DNA of 64,000 nucleotides from an uncultured Nitrospirales bacterium (GCA_964549105.1 CAZJTZ010000012.1:29850-93849), one strand, 5' to 3'; shown: positions 38,022 to 48,960, numbered from the stretch's first letter. Translations and numbers: made by a program. Notes: generated by a model not told the origin, from the letters alone.

Positions 38022-41000
38022 AACCTTTTCCCCTGATTTAATTTTTTGATACGATTTTCAATCGCTTGATTTATCTCTGAAATTAATAAATCACGCCCAG
38101 AGAACTCTATATCTTTTATATCATATTCTATCTGGTCTATGTATAATAAAATTAATTTTTTGTTAAGTTTTATCCCTGCATCATGAAGGGCATGATAATA
38201 AATTTCCAATTGCTTCCAGTATCGAGGTGAATGTTCATCGGCTCTTTTACCTGTTTTGTAATCAATAATAGTTCCATCAGTAAGTATCGCGTCTACTGTG
38301 CCTTTTACAATATATTGTCCTGCTTTCCATAAGAAAGGAAGTTCACGATAAACAGGTGGATTTGCCATCAGCATCGGATATGCCGAGTTGTTTGTTATCT
38401 TTTCTTTTATATTTGCCTTCTCTTTTTCAATAATTTCTTCCGAAATGTTGGGCATTACGATATCAAGCAGATAGTCCAATGATGGTTCTTCGCCCTTTTC
38501 AAAATCCCAATATCGTAGAATTTGATGATACAAAGTTCCTCTTTCTGCATAAGACGCATCAAGAAAATCATTCCCTCCTTCATCTTTATCCTCATCAAAT
38601 TCATCTTCAAAAAGCCAATCTAATAATCTTGTAACAGGGATGGGTTCTGTTGTTAACTGCTGAGTTGTAATAGAAATTGGTGAAATTAAATCCTTTATTA
38701 TAGTATCTTTTTTGGTTTGCAATTTCTGTTGTTTTTTGGCAGAAAATTCTGTTTCTTGCATTTCTATCATGCGATACGAATTAGTATCGGCAGAACCTTT
38801 TTTAAAATCTCCAATAGGGAAACAACTTGCAAGTAGAGAAAGACGAGAATTTATTTTTAAGTTGTTTTGTAAATCTTCAAAATGTTTTTTATTTGAAGAC
38901 AGGATTAAATAATCACGAGCACGGGTTAATGCCACATAAAAAAGTCGTATATATTCCTGATACTCATCATACTTACTTTGAAGTTTGACAATGAATTCGG
39001 CTATGTTCTTTTCCTCTTTTCCATCTTCATCCTTACCTTTTTCTATATCTTTAAGCACAACTCCGATTTCTCGATGGTAACAAACAGGCAGAGGATTTCT
39101 GTATTGCCTCTCTTCATATAAGGTAGGTAGCACAACAATAGGAAATTCTAATCCTTTTGCTTGATGAATAGTCGTCAGAATAACAGCGTTCTCCTTCTCA
39201 ACGGCAAGGTCTGCTTCACCTTCTAATATCTTATCTTTTGTCCGCTCCACAAAACGATGGAATTGATATAGGCTTATAGGATTGTTTTCTTGATAAGCAC
39301 GGACTAAGGATAAAAACTTTTGTAGATTGGCAATCTTCTGCTTTCCGAACCACTGCCCCAATAGAATCGCTTTATACCCTGTTTCATCAATAATAGATTG
39401 CACAAGTTCATGTATCGGCATATTGGTCTTTTTAAGAAAGTTCTGATATAAAGTTCGCACCCTCAAATAAGAAGGGTCTCGCGATAAAGGTTCAGGTATA
39501 GTTGCTAAATCCAACAACATCTTGCGAAGAGGTATCTGCATTTGCCAATGGACAATTTGCTCATCCGACAAACCGCAGAAAGGTCCCCGTAAAAAGGCGA
39601 GCAATGAAACATCGTGATAAGGATTCAATAGGACATGAAGGAAATCCATAATGTCCTTTACTTCTGTAATTTCAAAGAAGCCTCTACTACTCACAACATA
39701 ACACGGAATTCCCTTATCTTTTAGTGCCTTTTCATATTTATAGATATAATTTTTGGTGCAGAATAGTAGGGTAAAATCACCATAAGTAGCCGAACGCTCT
39801 TTCTCCTCTTCTATTATCTTCAATGGATTGTTCCCTTCTACCAATGACTGTATCCTGTCTGCAATAACATTAGCCTCTATGTCTACATTGTCTTCTTTTA
39901 ATGTCCTTTTATCCATATCCAGGGGGGTAGATAACAGAAATTCAACACGCGGCTCGTTATATCCGCTACGCTGATGTTTCATGCAACGATATTCTTCTTC
40001 AACTTCCGAAAGATAATTCGTCCTTTTAAAAAAGGTATTTATAAAATCCAATATTTCTTTGGCAGACCTAAAATTGTAGTCAAGTAAAAACAAATTGTCT
40101 TTCTCAACCAACTCTCGCTGTTCACGGAATACCTTGACCTCTGCATTGCGAAAGGCATAAATGGACTGTTTGGCGTCGCCCACAAAAAACAGGGAAATAT
40201 CCTGTTTAGCCTCCAAAAGTAAATGTATCAACTGCACCTGCTCACGGTCAGTATCCTGAAACTCGTCTATAAAAATATACTTTATACCATCTGCAATTTC
40301 TTTACACACTTCCTCGTTCTCGCTTAGAAAAAGGCGTGTTAGATTGATTAAATCGTCAAAATCTACCATCCCTTGCTGTCGTTTATATTGAACCCACTGG
40401 CTATACAAATGGTCAAACAAACAAAACAATCTATAAGTGGTAACCAGTGATTTGCGAGTCGTAGCATTATCCCAATTGATGGTAATAATTTCCTTATCCA
40501 GAGTATCCTTTATATCTTTTCTAATTTTTTTAAATCGTTCTGCTAATTCTTTGTTTGAATCCTCAGTTTTTAATCCTCTTATCTGCTTTCCACCTATTTC
40601 CTCCTTCTTCTGAATTATCTCTTCCATACTATTTGAATTCTGCAAGTCCACCAATTTGTCGTAGTACCACTGGCATATATCTTTCAATTTGCTCTCTGTT
40701 TCAGGTATTTCCTGATTTAACTCATCCAGTCGCTGTATCCATATATTTATTTGATTAGAGTGAATGAAATTTTGCAGAAATTGCTTGTATGCTTCCTCTA
40801 ATCGAGGTATACGGTGTTCTAAATATTCATCGGGAGTAGCATATTGTTTTGCCTCTTCCAGCCAGGGCAAGATATGTAATGGCTTTTGGAATAACACCTC
40901 AATAGCATTTCTAAAACTTGCCAGAGAAAGTTCCGTTGCCAATTGAGCAGCGTCTTCATAACTTTCCAACCATGTATCCATGTGGTTCTGAATAAATTTG

Positions 41001-41458
41001 TCAAGGAAAAGAGGACTTTGCAATTCGTCCAAAATTCGGAATTCTGGGTCGAAACCCAATTTGAGGGCATATTGCCTAAGTATCCCTGTGCAAAATGAAT
41101 GAATGGTAGATATACGAGCCGTTTCTAATTGCTGCTCACGCCAACGCCATTGAGTAAGTTCCTCAGGGGTAGCGGTCCGTGCGTATTCATGGAAAGCGTC
41201 GCGTAGCCGTTGTCGCATTTCTGCGGACGCCTTCTCCGTAAATGTGATAGCGACAATTTCACTCAGGTCTGCCTTCCCTTCCTTCAATAATCGGAGTATC
41301 CTTGCAATGAGAACACGCGTTTTCCCTGAACCTGCTGAAGCATCTACGCCTATAAGATTAGAATCGGAATAGATAGCCTGCTCTTGCTCTTCTGTCAGAC
41401 CATTGAAGTAACTATGTGTTTCCATTTTCGACATTGCTTGCCGATTCCTCCGTATCAC
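38018..41458 (-). CDS. addA: ATP-dependent helicase/nuclease subunit A (AddA/RexA; UvrD-family helicase plus RecB-type nuclease)
   Basis: Walker A (ASAGSGKTRVLIARI), UvrD/Rep helicase motifs, and a C-terminal PD-(D/E)xK nuclease motif (GTVDAIL...IIDYKTGK). Length 1146 aa. The real start may be an internal Met (MSKMETH). Confidence 0.8.
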   Translation of the reverse strand: MIRRNRQAMSKMETHSYFNGLTEEQEQAIYSDSNLIGVDASAGSGKTRVLIARILRLLKEGKADLSEIVAITFTEKASAEMRQRLRDAFHEYARTATPEELTQWRWREQQLETARISTIHSFCTGILRQYALKLGFDPEFRILDELQSPLFLDKFIQNHMDTWLESYEDAAQLATELSLASFRNAIEVLFQKPLHILPWLEEAKQYATPDEYLEHRIPRLEEAYKQFLQNFIHSNQINIWIQRLDELNQEIPETESKLKDICQWYYDKLVDLQNSNSMEEIIQKKEEIGGKQIRGLKTEDSNKELAERFKKIRKDIKDTLDKEIITINWDNATTRKSLVTTYRLFCLFDHLYSQWVQYKRQQGMVDFDDLINLTRLFLSENEEVCKEIADGIKYIFIDEFQDTDREQVQLIHLLLEAKQDISLFFVGDAKQSIYAFRNAEVKVFREQRELVEKDNLFLLDYNFRSAKEILDFINTFFKRTNYLSEVEEEYRCMKHQRSGYNEPRVEFLLSTPLDMDKRTLKEDNVDIEANVIADRIQSLVEGNNPLKIIEEEKERSATYGDFTLLFCTKNYIYKYEKALKDKGIPCYVVSSRGFFEITEVKDIMDFLHVLLNPYHDVSLLAFLRGPFCGLSDEQIVHWQMQIPLRKMLLDLATIPEPLSRDPSYLRVRTLYQNFLKKTNMPIHELVQSIIDETGYKAILLGQWFGKQKIANLQKFLSLVRAYQENNPISLYQFHRFVERTKDKILEGEADLAVEKENAVILTTIHQAKGLEFPIVVLPTLYEERQYRNPLPVCYHREIGVVLKDIEKGKDEDGKEEKNIAEFIVKLQSKYDEYQEYIRLFYVALTRARDYLILSSNKKHFEDLQNNLKINSRLSLLASCFPIGDFKKGSADTNSYRMIEMQETEFSAKKQQKLQTKKDTIIKDLISPISITTQQLTTEPIPVTRLLDWLFEDEFDEDKDEGGNDFLDASYAERGTLYHQILRYWDFEKGEEPSLDYLLDIVMPNISEEIIEKEKANIKEKITNNSAYPMLMANPPVYRELPFLWKAGQYIVKGTVDAILTDGTIIDYKTGKRADEHSPRYWKQLEIYYHALHDAGIKLNKKLILLYIDQIEYDIKDIEFSGRDLLISEINQAIENRIKKLNQGKRL

Positions 41459-44400
41459 TCTGCTCTATTCGTTTATACCTACACGCATTTTTACAAAAGC
41501 AATATTCACAGGCTATCTTCTTGCTGGGTTCAGGTGAAAAATAGCCCCGATGTATATTCTGTATCGTCTGATATATCAACTCTTCTACCTTCTGTTGAAT
41601 CTCTGTCCGAAGTTTATTGTTATTAGACCACGGAGAATCAACAGGTCTTTTGCCTCTTATGGGAAGAAAGTAAGACTCGGTGACAGAGAGCCCTTGCTCC
41701 TTGAATAGATGGTTCTCTACTGCAAGTTCATAAATAATTAATTGGATAGAATTTATTTTCTCCTCTGCTACCTTATTCTTCACTCCCATATCTGTTTTGG
41801 TTGGTGTATTGCCCCATTTATAGTCAATGATACGCAGTGTCGGTTCTGAATTGTTCTTATCAATACGGTCAATCCGACCTGAAAATAAGACCTGCTTATC
41901 TTTTATATCCATACAAAAAGGTCTATGTTGACTTACCGTGTCCTCCATTGAATACATAGTATTTCCAAACGCAAGTTCAAAATAGGCAGGCTTCCAAGCT
42001 ACTTCAACAAGTGCATTACCAGAACGAATAAATTCGCTTAATACATGGGTGAGCCAATTGATTGTTATCTCCACTACCTTATCTCGCAATACATAGACCT
42101 TTCGGTCTTTGCGAACAATCTTTTCTAATAACTCTTTTATTCTGCTATCAATATTATCTATTCCTTCTTTCAACAATTCATCATAATAGTCCCGTAAAAG
42201 AACACATAGGATATCATGCGACCAGGAGCCAAACATTAGTGGTGTAGGTTGCACTAATTCTTCTTCCCAGTCCTTCAAATTCAGTACTCTTTTGACAAAA
42301 AAACTGAATGGACACTCAACATAACTCTCAATCTGGTCAACACTATAAACATGATTTAAACCAAATCTCTGGGCAAGCCATTCTTGAATATCTGAAGACT
42401 GTAAACAACCCGTATATATATCCTTGCTCAGTTCTTCCCTTTTTTGAAGTGCATACCAGTTTACAAACACATCGGGATATTCCTGCTTTAATACCTCCTC
42501 ATCCTCCTGATATAAAAATAAGTATTCCTGCAATTCTAATGGTGAACAGGGAAGGACTGTTTCCTCTTGCTGCTCTTGACCTAATAACGGTTCGTCCTTT
42601 ATATATTTACACACCTCCTGCAGTTCTCGAAGCAATAGACTGGGTGAACGCTCTTCATGTGTTTCAGAAAAAAGGACATGCGATAAATACACACCTTCCC
42701 TTGCGATTTCAAATACCTGCTGAAAAAACAGCCACTCGCGTTGTATCTGTTTTCTAAAATCATCCACAGGCAAGCCCAGACTGCGAAGGGTAGTCATATC
42801 TTTCTCGGAATATATCGCATTAAGGGAAGGAGATAAAGGGATAAGCCCTTCTTCTACACCACCCACAAAGAGGTAGTCATATTCCAGATTTCGTATCATG
42901 GGCAGGTCTTGACACACAACCCCATAGCCAGATTGCACATTGAACAGGGGCACATCACTTAGCAAAGAAAGAACAAGCCTTTGAAATTCGTCTAAGGACA
43001 GTTCACAATCCTGAAAAAAAGTGGGGATATGTTTTAAGGTCGCAATTACTTGTTGATAACCTTTCCTTTCATAATCTAAGCTGTCGGGCTCTTCTATTGT
43101 CGAACCTTCTTTTAAATAACTTTCTAATGTTTGCAAAAGTTCAAGAGTAGTTGAGATAAACCCTTTTACGCTGTCCTGCTCCGAAAATTTGTCCCGCCAT
43201 GATAACCAACGAATACACTCCTCACAAAACAATTTAATCTCCACCTCCGAAATGTTCCCTTTCCCATCTTCTCGGAAAAATTTGAGTAAAGCCTCCGAAT
43301 CTTGTAATCTTTTCCTGATATATTCAACAGGCATGTATAGAGACAATCCAATATTTTGCAGTATCAAGAAAAACTTTTCAGATAAGGATACAGGGATATT
43401 CCAGATAGGGTCATGCAATAAATAGGTAATAGCCGAAAAATTATCTTCCCTTAATTGCGAGAACCATCGTTCCAAAAATTGGCATACTCGGGTTTGTTTA
43501 ATATTTTTCAATCCACGAAATTGGAATGGAATTCCAAACTCTGTAAAAACCTTTTCTATTAACGGTCGAACGGTATCCAATCGGCGATAACTGACGGCTA
43601 TTTTTTCAGGTGGGACATGTTCCTGCACAATTAATTGTTTTATCTTCCGTCCTATATTTTTTACTTCTTCTTCACGATTAATATAGTGGTTTATTTTTAG
43701 TGTTGAGGGTTCAGAAGAGGTAAAAGATATGGGTTCATCACGCCAGAACAAATTATCTGCAATATATTCTATACAGGAACTGGGCTTAGGCGTCTCAAAA
43801 GAAACCACTTCTACTTCCAGCATAGAACGAAGCCGTTCCAGTGTATCTGCCGCTAATTGATAAACATCCCTTCGATTGGGTTTGAGGTCCAGATTGATAC
43901 CTATGACAATCTTATCGAAATGTGGTCCCAATGCCTTAATCAAGCGAAGTTCAGAATAAGTAAAATCGTCAAAGCCATCGAAAGCAAGAACTTGCTTTTC
44001 TTTAAGATAAGCCGGTTGTCCTTGTTGACATTCAATCTCTGCTTGCCAGAACAAACCCGGAATGTCATACCAGTAATTTTCGGTCAACCTTTGCTGATAA
44101 ACAGAATATACCCACGACAAAACTTCATCCCACGGCTCGACTCGTTGCAATTTTAGTTTCGATTCAAACTCTTCAGGGGTAATTCCTGCCTGTTTTAAGT
44201 TTCGTATAACCCGACAAAAAGCATTTGCAAGATTTTCAGGAGCAAGCAATCCCTTATAACCTTTAAATCGCTGTTTCCCTTCCTCAGATAAAATAATAGA
44301 CTTCATTAATACATTTTGTTCCCATTCCTCTAACTTGCGAACAGGTAAGCCCTGCCTTTGAAGTAAATTGTAAGCAAACAGTGAAAAATCACTCACAATA

Positions 44401-44576
44401 TCCCCATAAATTCCTGCTGTGTCAATGTAATTCAGCAGTTCTATACTTCGTTTTTGAGCATATTGGCGGGTAGGAACGATAAGGAAGACATGAGGATAAT
44501 TTTCTTTTATTATTTGCAGTATACCCTCTTTTCGACTTGACCGTTGAGTGCCACAATAGATAAAAGTCTTATTCAC
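41412..44576 (-). CDS. addB: Helicase/nuclease subunit B (AddB/RexB) with a C-terminal RecB-like nuclease and Fe-S cysteines
   Basis: C-terminal GRIDRID...RIIDYKWGN nuclease motif and a Cys cluster (C...CEYCFCKNAC) consistent with the AddB 4Fe-4S. Degenerate N-terminal P-loop. Length 1054 aa. Immediately upstream of and overlapping addA. Confidence 0.75.
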   Translation of the reverse strand: MNKTFIYCGTQRSSRKEGILQIIKENYPHVFLIVPTRQYAQKRSIELLNYIDTAGIYGDIVSDFSLFAYNLLQRQGLPVRKLEEWEQNVLMKSIILSEEGKQRFKGYKGLLAPENLANAFCRVIRNLKQAGITPEEFESKLKLQRVEPWDEVLSWVYSVYQQRLTENYWYDIPGLFWQAEIECQQGQPAYLKEKQVLAFDGFDDFTYSELRLIKALGPHFDKIVIGINLDLKPNRRDVYQLAADTLERLRSMLEVEVVSFETPKPSSCIEYIADNLFWRDEPISFTSSEPSTLKINHYINREEEVKNIGRKIKQLIVQEHVPPEKIAVSYRRLDTVRPLIEKVFTEFGIPFQFRGLKNIKQTRVCQFLERWFSQLREDNFSAITYLLHDPIWNIPVSLSEKFFLILQNIGLSLYMPVEYIRKRLQDSEALLKFFREDGKGNISEVEIKLFCEECIRWLSWRDKFSEQDSVKGFISTTLELLQTLESYLKEGSTIEEPDSLDYERKGYQQVIATLKHIPTFFQDCELSLDEFQRLVLSLLSDVPLFNVQSGYGVVCQDLPMIRNLEYDYLFVGGVEEGLIPLSPSLNAIYSEKDMTTLRSLGLPVDDFRKQIQREWLFFQQVFEIAREGVYLSHVLFSETHEERSPSLLLRELQEVCKYIKDEPLLGQEQQEETVLPCSPLELQEYLFLYQEDEEVLKQEYPDVFVNWYALQKREELSKDIYTGCLQSSDIQEWLAQRFGLNHVYSVDQIESYVECPFSFFVKRVLNLKDWEEELVQPTPLMFGSWSHDILCVLLRDYYDELLKEGIDNIDSRIKELLEKIVRKDRKVYVLRDKVVEITINWLTHVLSEFIRSGNALVEVAWKPAYFELAFGNTMYSMEDTVSQHRPFCMDIKDKQVLFSGRIDRIDKNNSEPTLRIIDYKWGNTPTKTDMGVKNKVAEEKINSIQLIIYELAVENHLFKEQGLSVTESYFLPIRGKRPVDSPWSNNNKLRTEIQQKVEELIYQTIQNIHRGYFSPEPSKKIACEYCFCKNACRYKRIEQSDTEESASNVENGNT

Positions 44577-44600
44577 TCATCTCCCTCTAATAAAAAGGAA

Positions 44601-45533
44601 TTAAATAATTTTTGAAAAATACTCAATCGTATGTTTTAACCCTTCGCGGAGAGGTATCTTTGGCTCCCAGTTCAATTTCTCCTTTGCAAGGGTAATATCG
44701 GGTTTCCGGCGACACGGGTCATTCTCAGGAAGTGATTTAAACACAATCTCGGAAGGTGAACCTGTCAATTCTCGAATCTGTTCCGCCAACTCTAAAATGG
44801 TAAATTCTCCCGGATTGCCGAGATTCACCGGACCTGTAAAACCATCACAATCCATCATACGCAAAATACCCTCTATCAAATCGCTGATATAGCAAAACGA
44901 ACGCGTCTGCGAACCTTCTCCAAAAACCGTTATTGGCTCTTTCCGCAATGCCTGCACAATAAAATTACTTACCACCCTGCCATCGTTGATTAGCATACGA
45001 GGTCCGTAGGTATTGAAAATCCGTATTACACGAATGTCTACCTTATTCTGACGATGGTAATCAAAAAATAATGTTTCAGCAACTCGTTTCCCTTCATCAT
45101 AGCAACTGCGTTTCCCAATCGGGTTCACATTACCCCAATAGCCTTCGGTTTGTGGGTGAACTGCTGGGTCTCCATAAACCTCAGAGGTGCTTGCTTGCAA
45201 AATCCGCGCCTTCACACGCTTTGCCAATCCCAGCATATTCAGTGCACCCATAACATTCGTCTTTATCGTCTTTACCGGGTTGAACTGATAATGAAAAGGT
45301 GACGCGGGACATGCAAAATTGTATATCCGGTCTACCTCCAGAAAAATAGGTTCTGTAATATCATGGCGGATAATTTCGAATCGCGGATGTCCAAGCAAAT
45401 GAACGATATTCTTTTTCCTGCCTGTAAAAAAATTATCCAGACACAACACCTCTTCTCCGCGTTCCAATAATACCTCGCACAAATGAGACCCAATAAAACC
45501 AGCCCCACCCGTAACCAGGTTCACATGACTCAT
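44601..45533 (-). CDS. uxs: UDP-glucuronate decarboxylase (UDP-xylose synthase), NAD-dependent epimerase/dehydratase family
   Basis: N-terminal [38 protein letters not shown] is almost diagnostic for UXS/ArnA-C-like decarboxylases. YxxxK motif present. Length 310 aa. Confidence 0.85.
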   Translation of the reverse strand: MSHVNLVTGGAGFIGSHLCEVLLERGEEVLCLDNFFTGRKKNIVHLLGHPRFEIIRHDITEPIFLEVDRIYNFACPASPFHYQFNPVKTIKTNVMGALNMLGLAKRVKARILQASTSEVYGDPAVHPQTEGYWGNVNPIGKRSCYDEGKRVAETLFFDYHRQNKVDIRVIRIFNTYGPRMLINDGRVVSNFIVQALRKEPITVFGEGSQTRSFCYISDLIEGILRMMDCDGFTGPVNLGNPGEFTILELAEQIRELTGSPSEIVFKSLPENDPCRRKPDITLAKEKLNWEPKIPLREGLKHTIEYFSKII

Positions 45534-45584
45534 ACTTGCCCTCCAAAAAAATTATATATTAAGCCGTAACACTTCATTTATAAC

Positions 45585-46067
45585 TTAACCATTAAAATTG
45601 AAAAAAGTTTCTCGCTCAACTTTTATAACTGCCTTTTTTACATGTTCTACTGTATTGTTTATCCAGATACCTGCACCATGCACCTCACCGGGAAACAATA
45701 TCATGAATTGACCAGGCACATTTTGTATCAAGGTTGCGTGAGACATATCCACATGATAAAAAAGGACATCATTCTTCACATCATATTCTGTCCGAGGTTT
45801 AGCCAGAACCTCAGGCAGCCATACAATTGCTTCCTTACCAGAAAGAGTAAATTGAATATCAATATATTTCCTGTGTGCCTCGAAAATTGCCTCTTTCGGG
45901 TCTTTCGTTTCATAAGACATCACACGAGTCTTAATCGTATCCCCACAAAGTGGCTCCATGTCTGTATCGGGGCTATTCTCATTCAATCCCTGAATAAACG
46001 AAATCACCTTTTTTCCAAGGTCTTCTCGAAAATACCACTTCCAATTCTCAAATCTGTCAACAATCAT
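45585..46067 (-). CDS. YhcH/YjgK/YiaL (DUF386) family protein
   Basis: Matches the family pattern (hRKYIDIQFTLSGKE, cupin-like). Start set to MIVDRFENW at 46067, which overlaps the upstream gene's stop by 4 nt. The longer ORF reaches 46091. Confidence 0.65.
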   Translation of the reverse strand: MIVDRFENWKWYFREDLGKKVISFIQGLNENSPDTDMEPLCGDTIKTRVMSYETKDPKEAIFEAHRKYIDIQFTLSGKEAIVWLPEVLAKPRTEYDVKNDVLFYHVDMSHATLIQNVPGQFMILFPGEVHGAGIWINNTVEHVKKAVIKVERETFFNFNG

Positions 46068-46816
46068 GGCAATAAAAGTTCCTCTCTGCATACGCTTCGT
46101 ATTCTTTTAGTGAAAGGGACACCTTCCACATCTTTTATATTTACAATTCCCCCTGCGAACTGCACCAGTGCAGAACCGCCGGCTATATCCCACAACATAA
46201 TTTCATCCTGCATAAAAGCGTCCAGCCTACCGCATGCCACATAAGCCAGAGACAATGCAGAAGAGCCAATGAAACGAATTCTTCGGAATCGTCGCAACTC
46301 ATTGATATACTGCTGAAATTCTGCCTCTGTATAAGGTCGAAACACAGGAAGACCCGTTCCTACAATCCCTTCCTGAATATGTTTCGTCTCTGCAACATGA
46401 ATAGGAGAATCATTTAGAAAAGCACCCGTTTCGATTGTGCCTGAAAACAATTCCTGCTTCATAAAATCATAGACAACACCCAACAAAAACTTCTCATCCT
46501 TCATCAAAGCAATAGAGATAGAACACAGGGGTATCTTCCGACTGAAATTCAAACTTCCGTCCAGTGGGTCTACAACCCAATACGGTTCATCCATCACATA
46601 ATCTCGTATCCAGCCCGATTCTTCTGATAATATCGCGTAGGGTGTGGATTGCAGAACATCTATTATCTCTGTCTCCGATTCGCGGTCTGCCTTCAATTTG
46701 ATGTCCCGTTCATCTTCATAGAACACTTCACAGGGTTGATAAAAAAGTTCGTGTAATATCAAGCCTGCACGATGAATCGCTACCGTCGCCAGTTCTAAAG
46801 ATTCTTGAATTTCCAT
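46064..46816 (-). CDS. Inositol monophosphatase / 3'(2'),5'-bisphosphate nucleotidase family protein
   Basis: IMPase motifs WVVDPLDGSLNF (DPIDGT-like) and the downstream W-D-x-A-G-G motif (MLWDIAGGSALV). Start set to MEIQESLELATVAIHRAG at 46816. Confidence 0.75.
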   Translation of the reverse strand: MEIQESLELATVAIHRAGLILHELFYQPCEVFYEDERDIKLKADRESETEIIDVLQSTPYAILSEESGWIRDYVMDEPYWVVDPLDGSLNFSRKIPLCSISIALMKDEKFLLGVVYDFMKQELFSGTIETGAFLNDSPIHVAETKHIQEGIVGTGLPVFRPYTEAEFQQYINELRRFRRIRFIGSSALSLAYVACGRLDAFMQDEIMLWDIAGGSALVQFAGGIVNIKDVEGVPFTKRIRSVCREELLLP

Positions 46817-46832
46817 GTAATATTCCCTGACA

Positions 46833-47474
46833 TCAATGATATAATTTTTTCCCTCGCTTCTGAGCCAGATAGGTGCTAATAACATGGGTTAGTATGGAAA
46901 AGGCATCTTCAACCGGACCATATTCGTCCTTTGTGCTCTCCACCAACAACCCATAATGACTTGTAGAAACTAATTTGCCCCCATCACATCCAGCAATCCC
47001 TACCGTCTCAATACCATGTTCTTTAGCCCATTCCACTGCCTTGATAATATTTGGACTGTTCCCACTTACAGACATCGCAATAAGTAGGTCACCCTCTTTT
47101 GACAATGCTCGCAATTGACCAATGAACACATTTTCATAACCCTCATCATTGCCCAATGCCGTAATGAGAGACTGATTGTCTGTTAGATTTATCGCACGAA
47201 TAGCCTTCTGCCCCTCAATATAATTTCCAACCACCAAATCATTAACCCAGTGGGACAACACCGCCGAACTCCCTCCATTCCCGGCAAGAAAAATCATGTT
47301 CCCTGCTTCAATCCTTTTCTCTATATTTTCGACAATTTGCGTGAGCATATCCTTATTAACCTGATTCATCAATTGACATAAACGCTCACAATACCCATCA
47401 AAATACGCCGAAAAATTGGAAGCCGACTGAAACAAATCCATCATAAAATACATTATTACGCTCTCCTTAAACAA
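46833..47474 (-). CDS. SIS-domain protein, phosphoheptose isomerase (GmhA)/DiaA-like
   Basis: FLAGNGGSSAVLSHWVNDL resembles the GmhA GNGGSAADAQHFAAEL motif. A second SIS motif is MSVSGNS. The start may be an internal Met (MYFMMDLF). Confidence 0.65.
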   Translation of the reverse strand: MFKESVIMYFMMDLFQSASNFSAYFDGYCERLCQLMNQVNKDMLTQIVENIEKRIEAGNMIFLAGNGGSSAVLSHWVNDLVVGNYIEGQKAIRAINLTDNQSLITALGNDEGYENVFIGQLRALSKEGDLLIAMSVSGNSPNIIKAVEWAKEHGIETVGIAGCDGGKLVSTSHYGLLVESTKDEYGPVEDAFSILTHVISTYLAQKRGKKLYH

Positions 47475-47640
47475 AGATTATATTACTTACCTCCTATTCT
47501 ATCATGACAAACAAAGACTCCTCAATACTACTTCTCCATTAAATTTTTTTTGAAAAGAGGATAAATAATGTAGTAATGTTATGAGATGGTTTTTCAAAAC
47601 TTATAACTCCAAACGAGTAGATGTTAAGGAGGATTTTTGT

Positions 47641-48885
47641 ATGGAAAAGAAGACACGCAGAGAATTTTTGAAAACCGCTTCCCTTGGAACTGCGGTTACA
47701 TTGTCCGCTTTTAGTTATTCCCGGATTGCAGGTGCCAATGACCGTATCGCTATCGGCATGATTGGATGCGGGGGCAGGTCTCATGACCATTTCAAACAAC
47801 TTAGTGCTTATAAAGACAAGGAAAATCTGGAAATTATCGCTGTTGCCGACCCTTGGAAAGAAAAAAGGGAGCAAATGGCTAAAATGGTGAAGGATGTATA
47901 TGGGAAAGAACCTCAACAATATGAATCTTATCGAGACCTCTTATCAAAGGCACCCGTGGACGCTGTGGTAATAGCCTCAGCAGACCATGTCCACTGCCTC
48001 CATCTGGAAGCCGCTGCAAAAGCAAAGAAACACGCCTACTGTGAAAAACCGTTAGCAAAAAATATGAAAGAACTCATTGCCGCTTATGATGCGGTAAAGG
48101 AGAACAAAGTCGTTGTTCAAGTAGGGACACAATTACGCAGTTATCCCAGTTTTACAGGGGCTCGCGAAGCATATAAATCAGGCATCCTCGGTAAGGTTGG
48201 ACGCGTTGAACAGTGCAGAAATGATTCGCAACCTTATTGGTATCCTCGTATACGCAAAGACTTGAAAGCAGAAGATATTAATTGGGAGGAATTTACCTCA
48301 GGGGTAACAGACAAGCCTTTCGACCCTGTTTTCTGTTCTGCATGGTACGGCTATCGCGAATTTTCTGATGGCACAGTTCCCGGTTGGGGCAGCCACTTTA
48401 TTGACCTCGTTCATTACATTACAGGTGCAAAATTCCCTCAAACAGCCGTCTGCTCTGGCGGAACTTACACATGGATAGATGAATACAAATTCTCCTGTCC
48501 TGACCATGCACAGGTGTTATGGACCTATCCCGAAGGGTTTATGGTTTCCTACTCTACTAACTGTGGCAACAGTGCAGGAAACTCTTTCAAAATTTTTGGG
48601 AATCAAGGGCTTATGGACCTACAGGACTGGAATAATCCGATATTACTTCCTGACGGTGCTCGCACAAAGACTGATGCACTGAAAGAGAAGAAAGAGATAG
48701 AACCCATACAACGCCCTGACCACATTTTAGATTGGTTACAATGTATGCGCTCCGGCAATGAACCCAATGCAAACATTGACGCTGGCTATCAGCATGCTGT
48801 CGCTTGCATTATGGCTATGATTGCTTTTGACACAGGAAAACGGCAAATCTACGACCATGAAAAAAGAGAAATACGCGAAGGATAG
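47641..48885 (+). CDS. Gfo/Idh/MocA family oxidoreductase with a twin-arginine signal
   Basis: MEKKTRREFLKTASLGTAVTLSAF is a TAT motif (RREFLK). An NAD(P) Rossmann motif (IGMIGCGGRS) is followed by the EKP motif. Start set at 47641, preceded by AGGAGG. The ORF track begins at 47581. Confidence 0.8.
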   Translation: MEKKTRREFLKTASLGTAVTLSAFSYSRIAGANDRIAIGMIGCGGRSHDHFKQLSAYKDKENLEIIAVADPWKEKREQMAKMVKDVYGKEPQQYESYRDLLSKAPVDAVVIASADHVHCLHLEAAAKAKKHAYCEKPLAKNMKELIAAYDAVKENKVVVQVGTQLRSYPSFTGAREAYKSGILGKVGRVEQCRNDSQPYWYPRIRKDLKAEDINWEEFTSGVTDKPFDPVFCSAWYGYREFSDGTVPGWGSHFIDLVHYITGAKFPQTAVCSGGTYTWIDEYKFSCPDHAQVLWTYPEGFMVSYSTNCGNSAGNSFKIFGNQGLMDLQDWNNPILLPDGARTKTDALKEKKEIEPIQRPDHILDWLQCMRSGNEPNANIDAGYQHAVACIMAMIAFDTGKRQIYDHEKREIREG

Positions 48886-48960
48886 ATAATCTTACACAAA
48901 TTATTATTTTTGACGAGTATGATTCATTCATACCCCAAAAAAAAGAGCGATAATGAGTAT

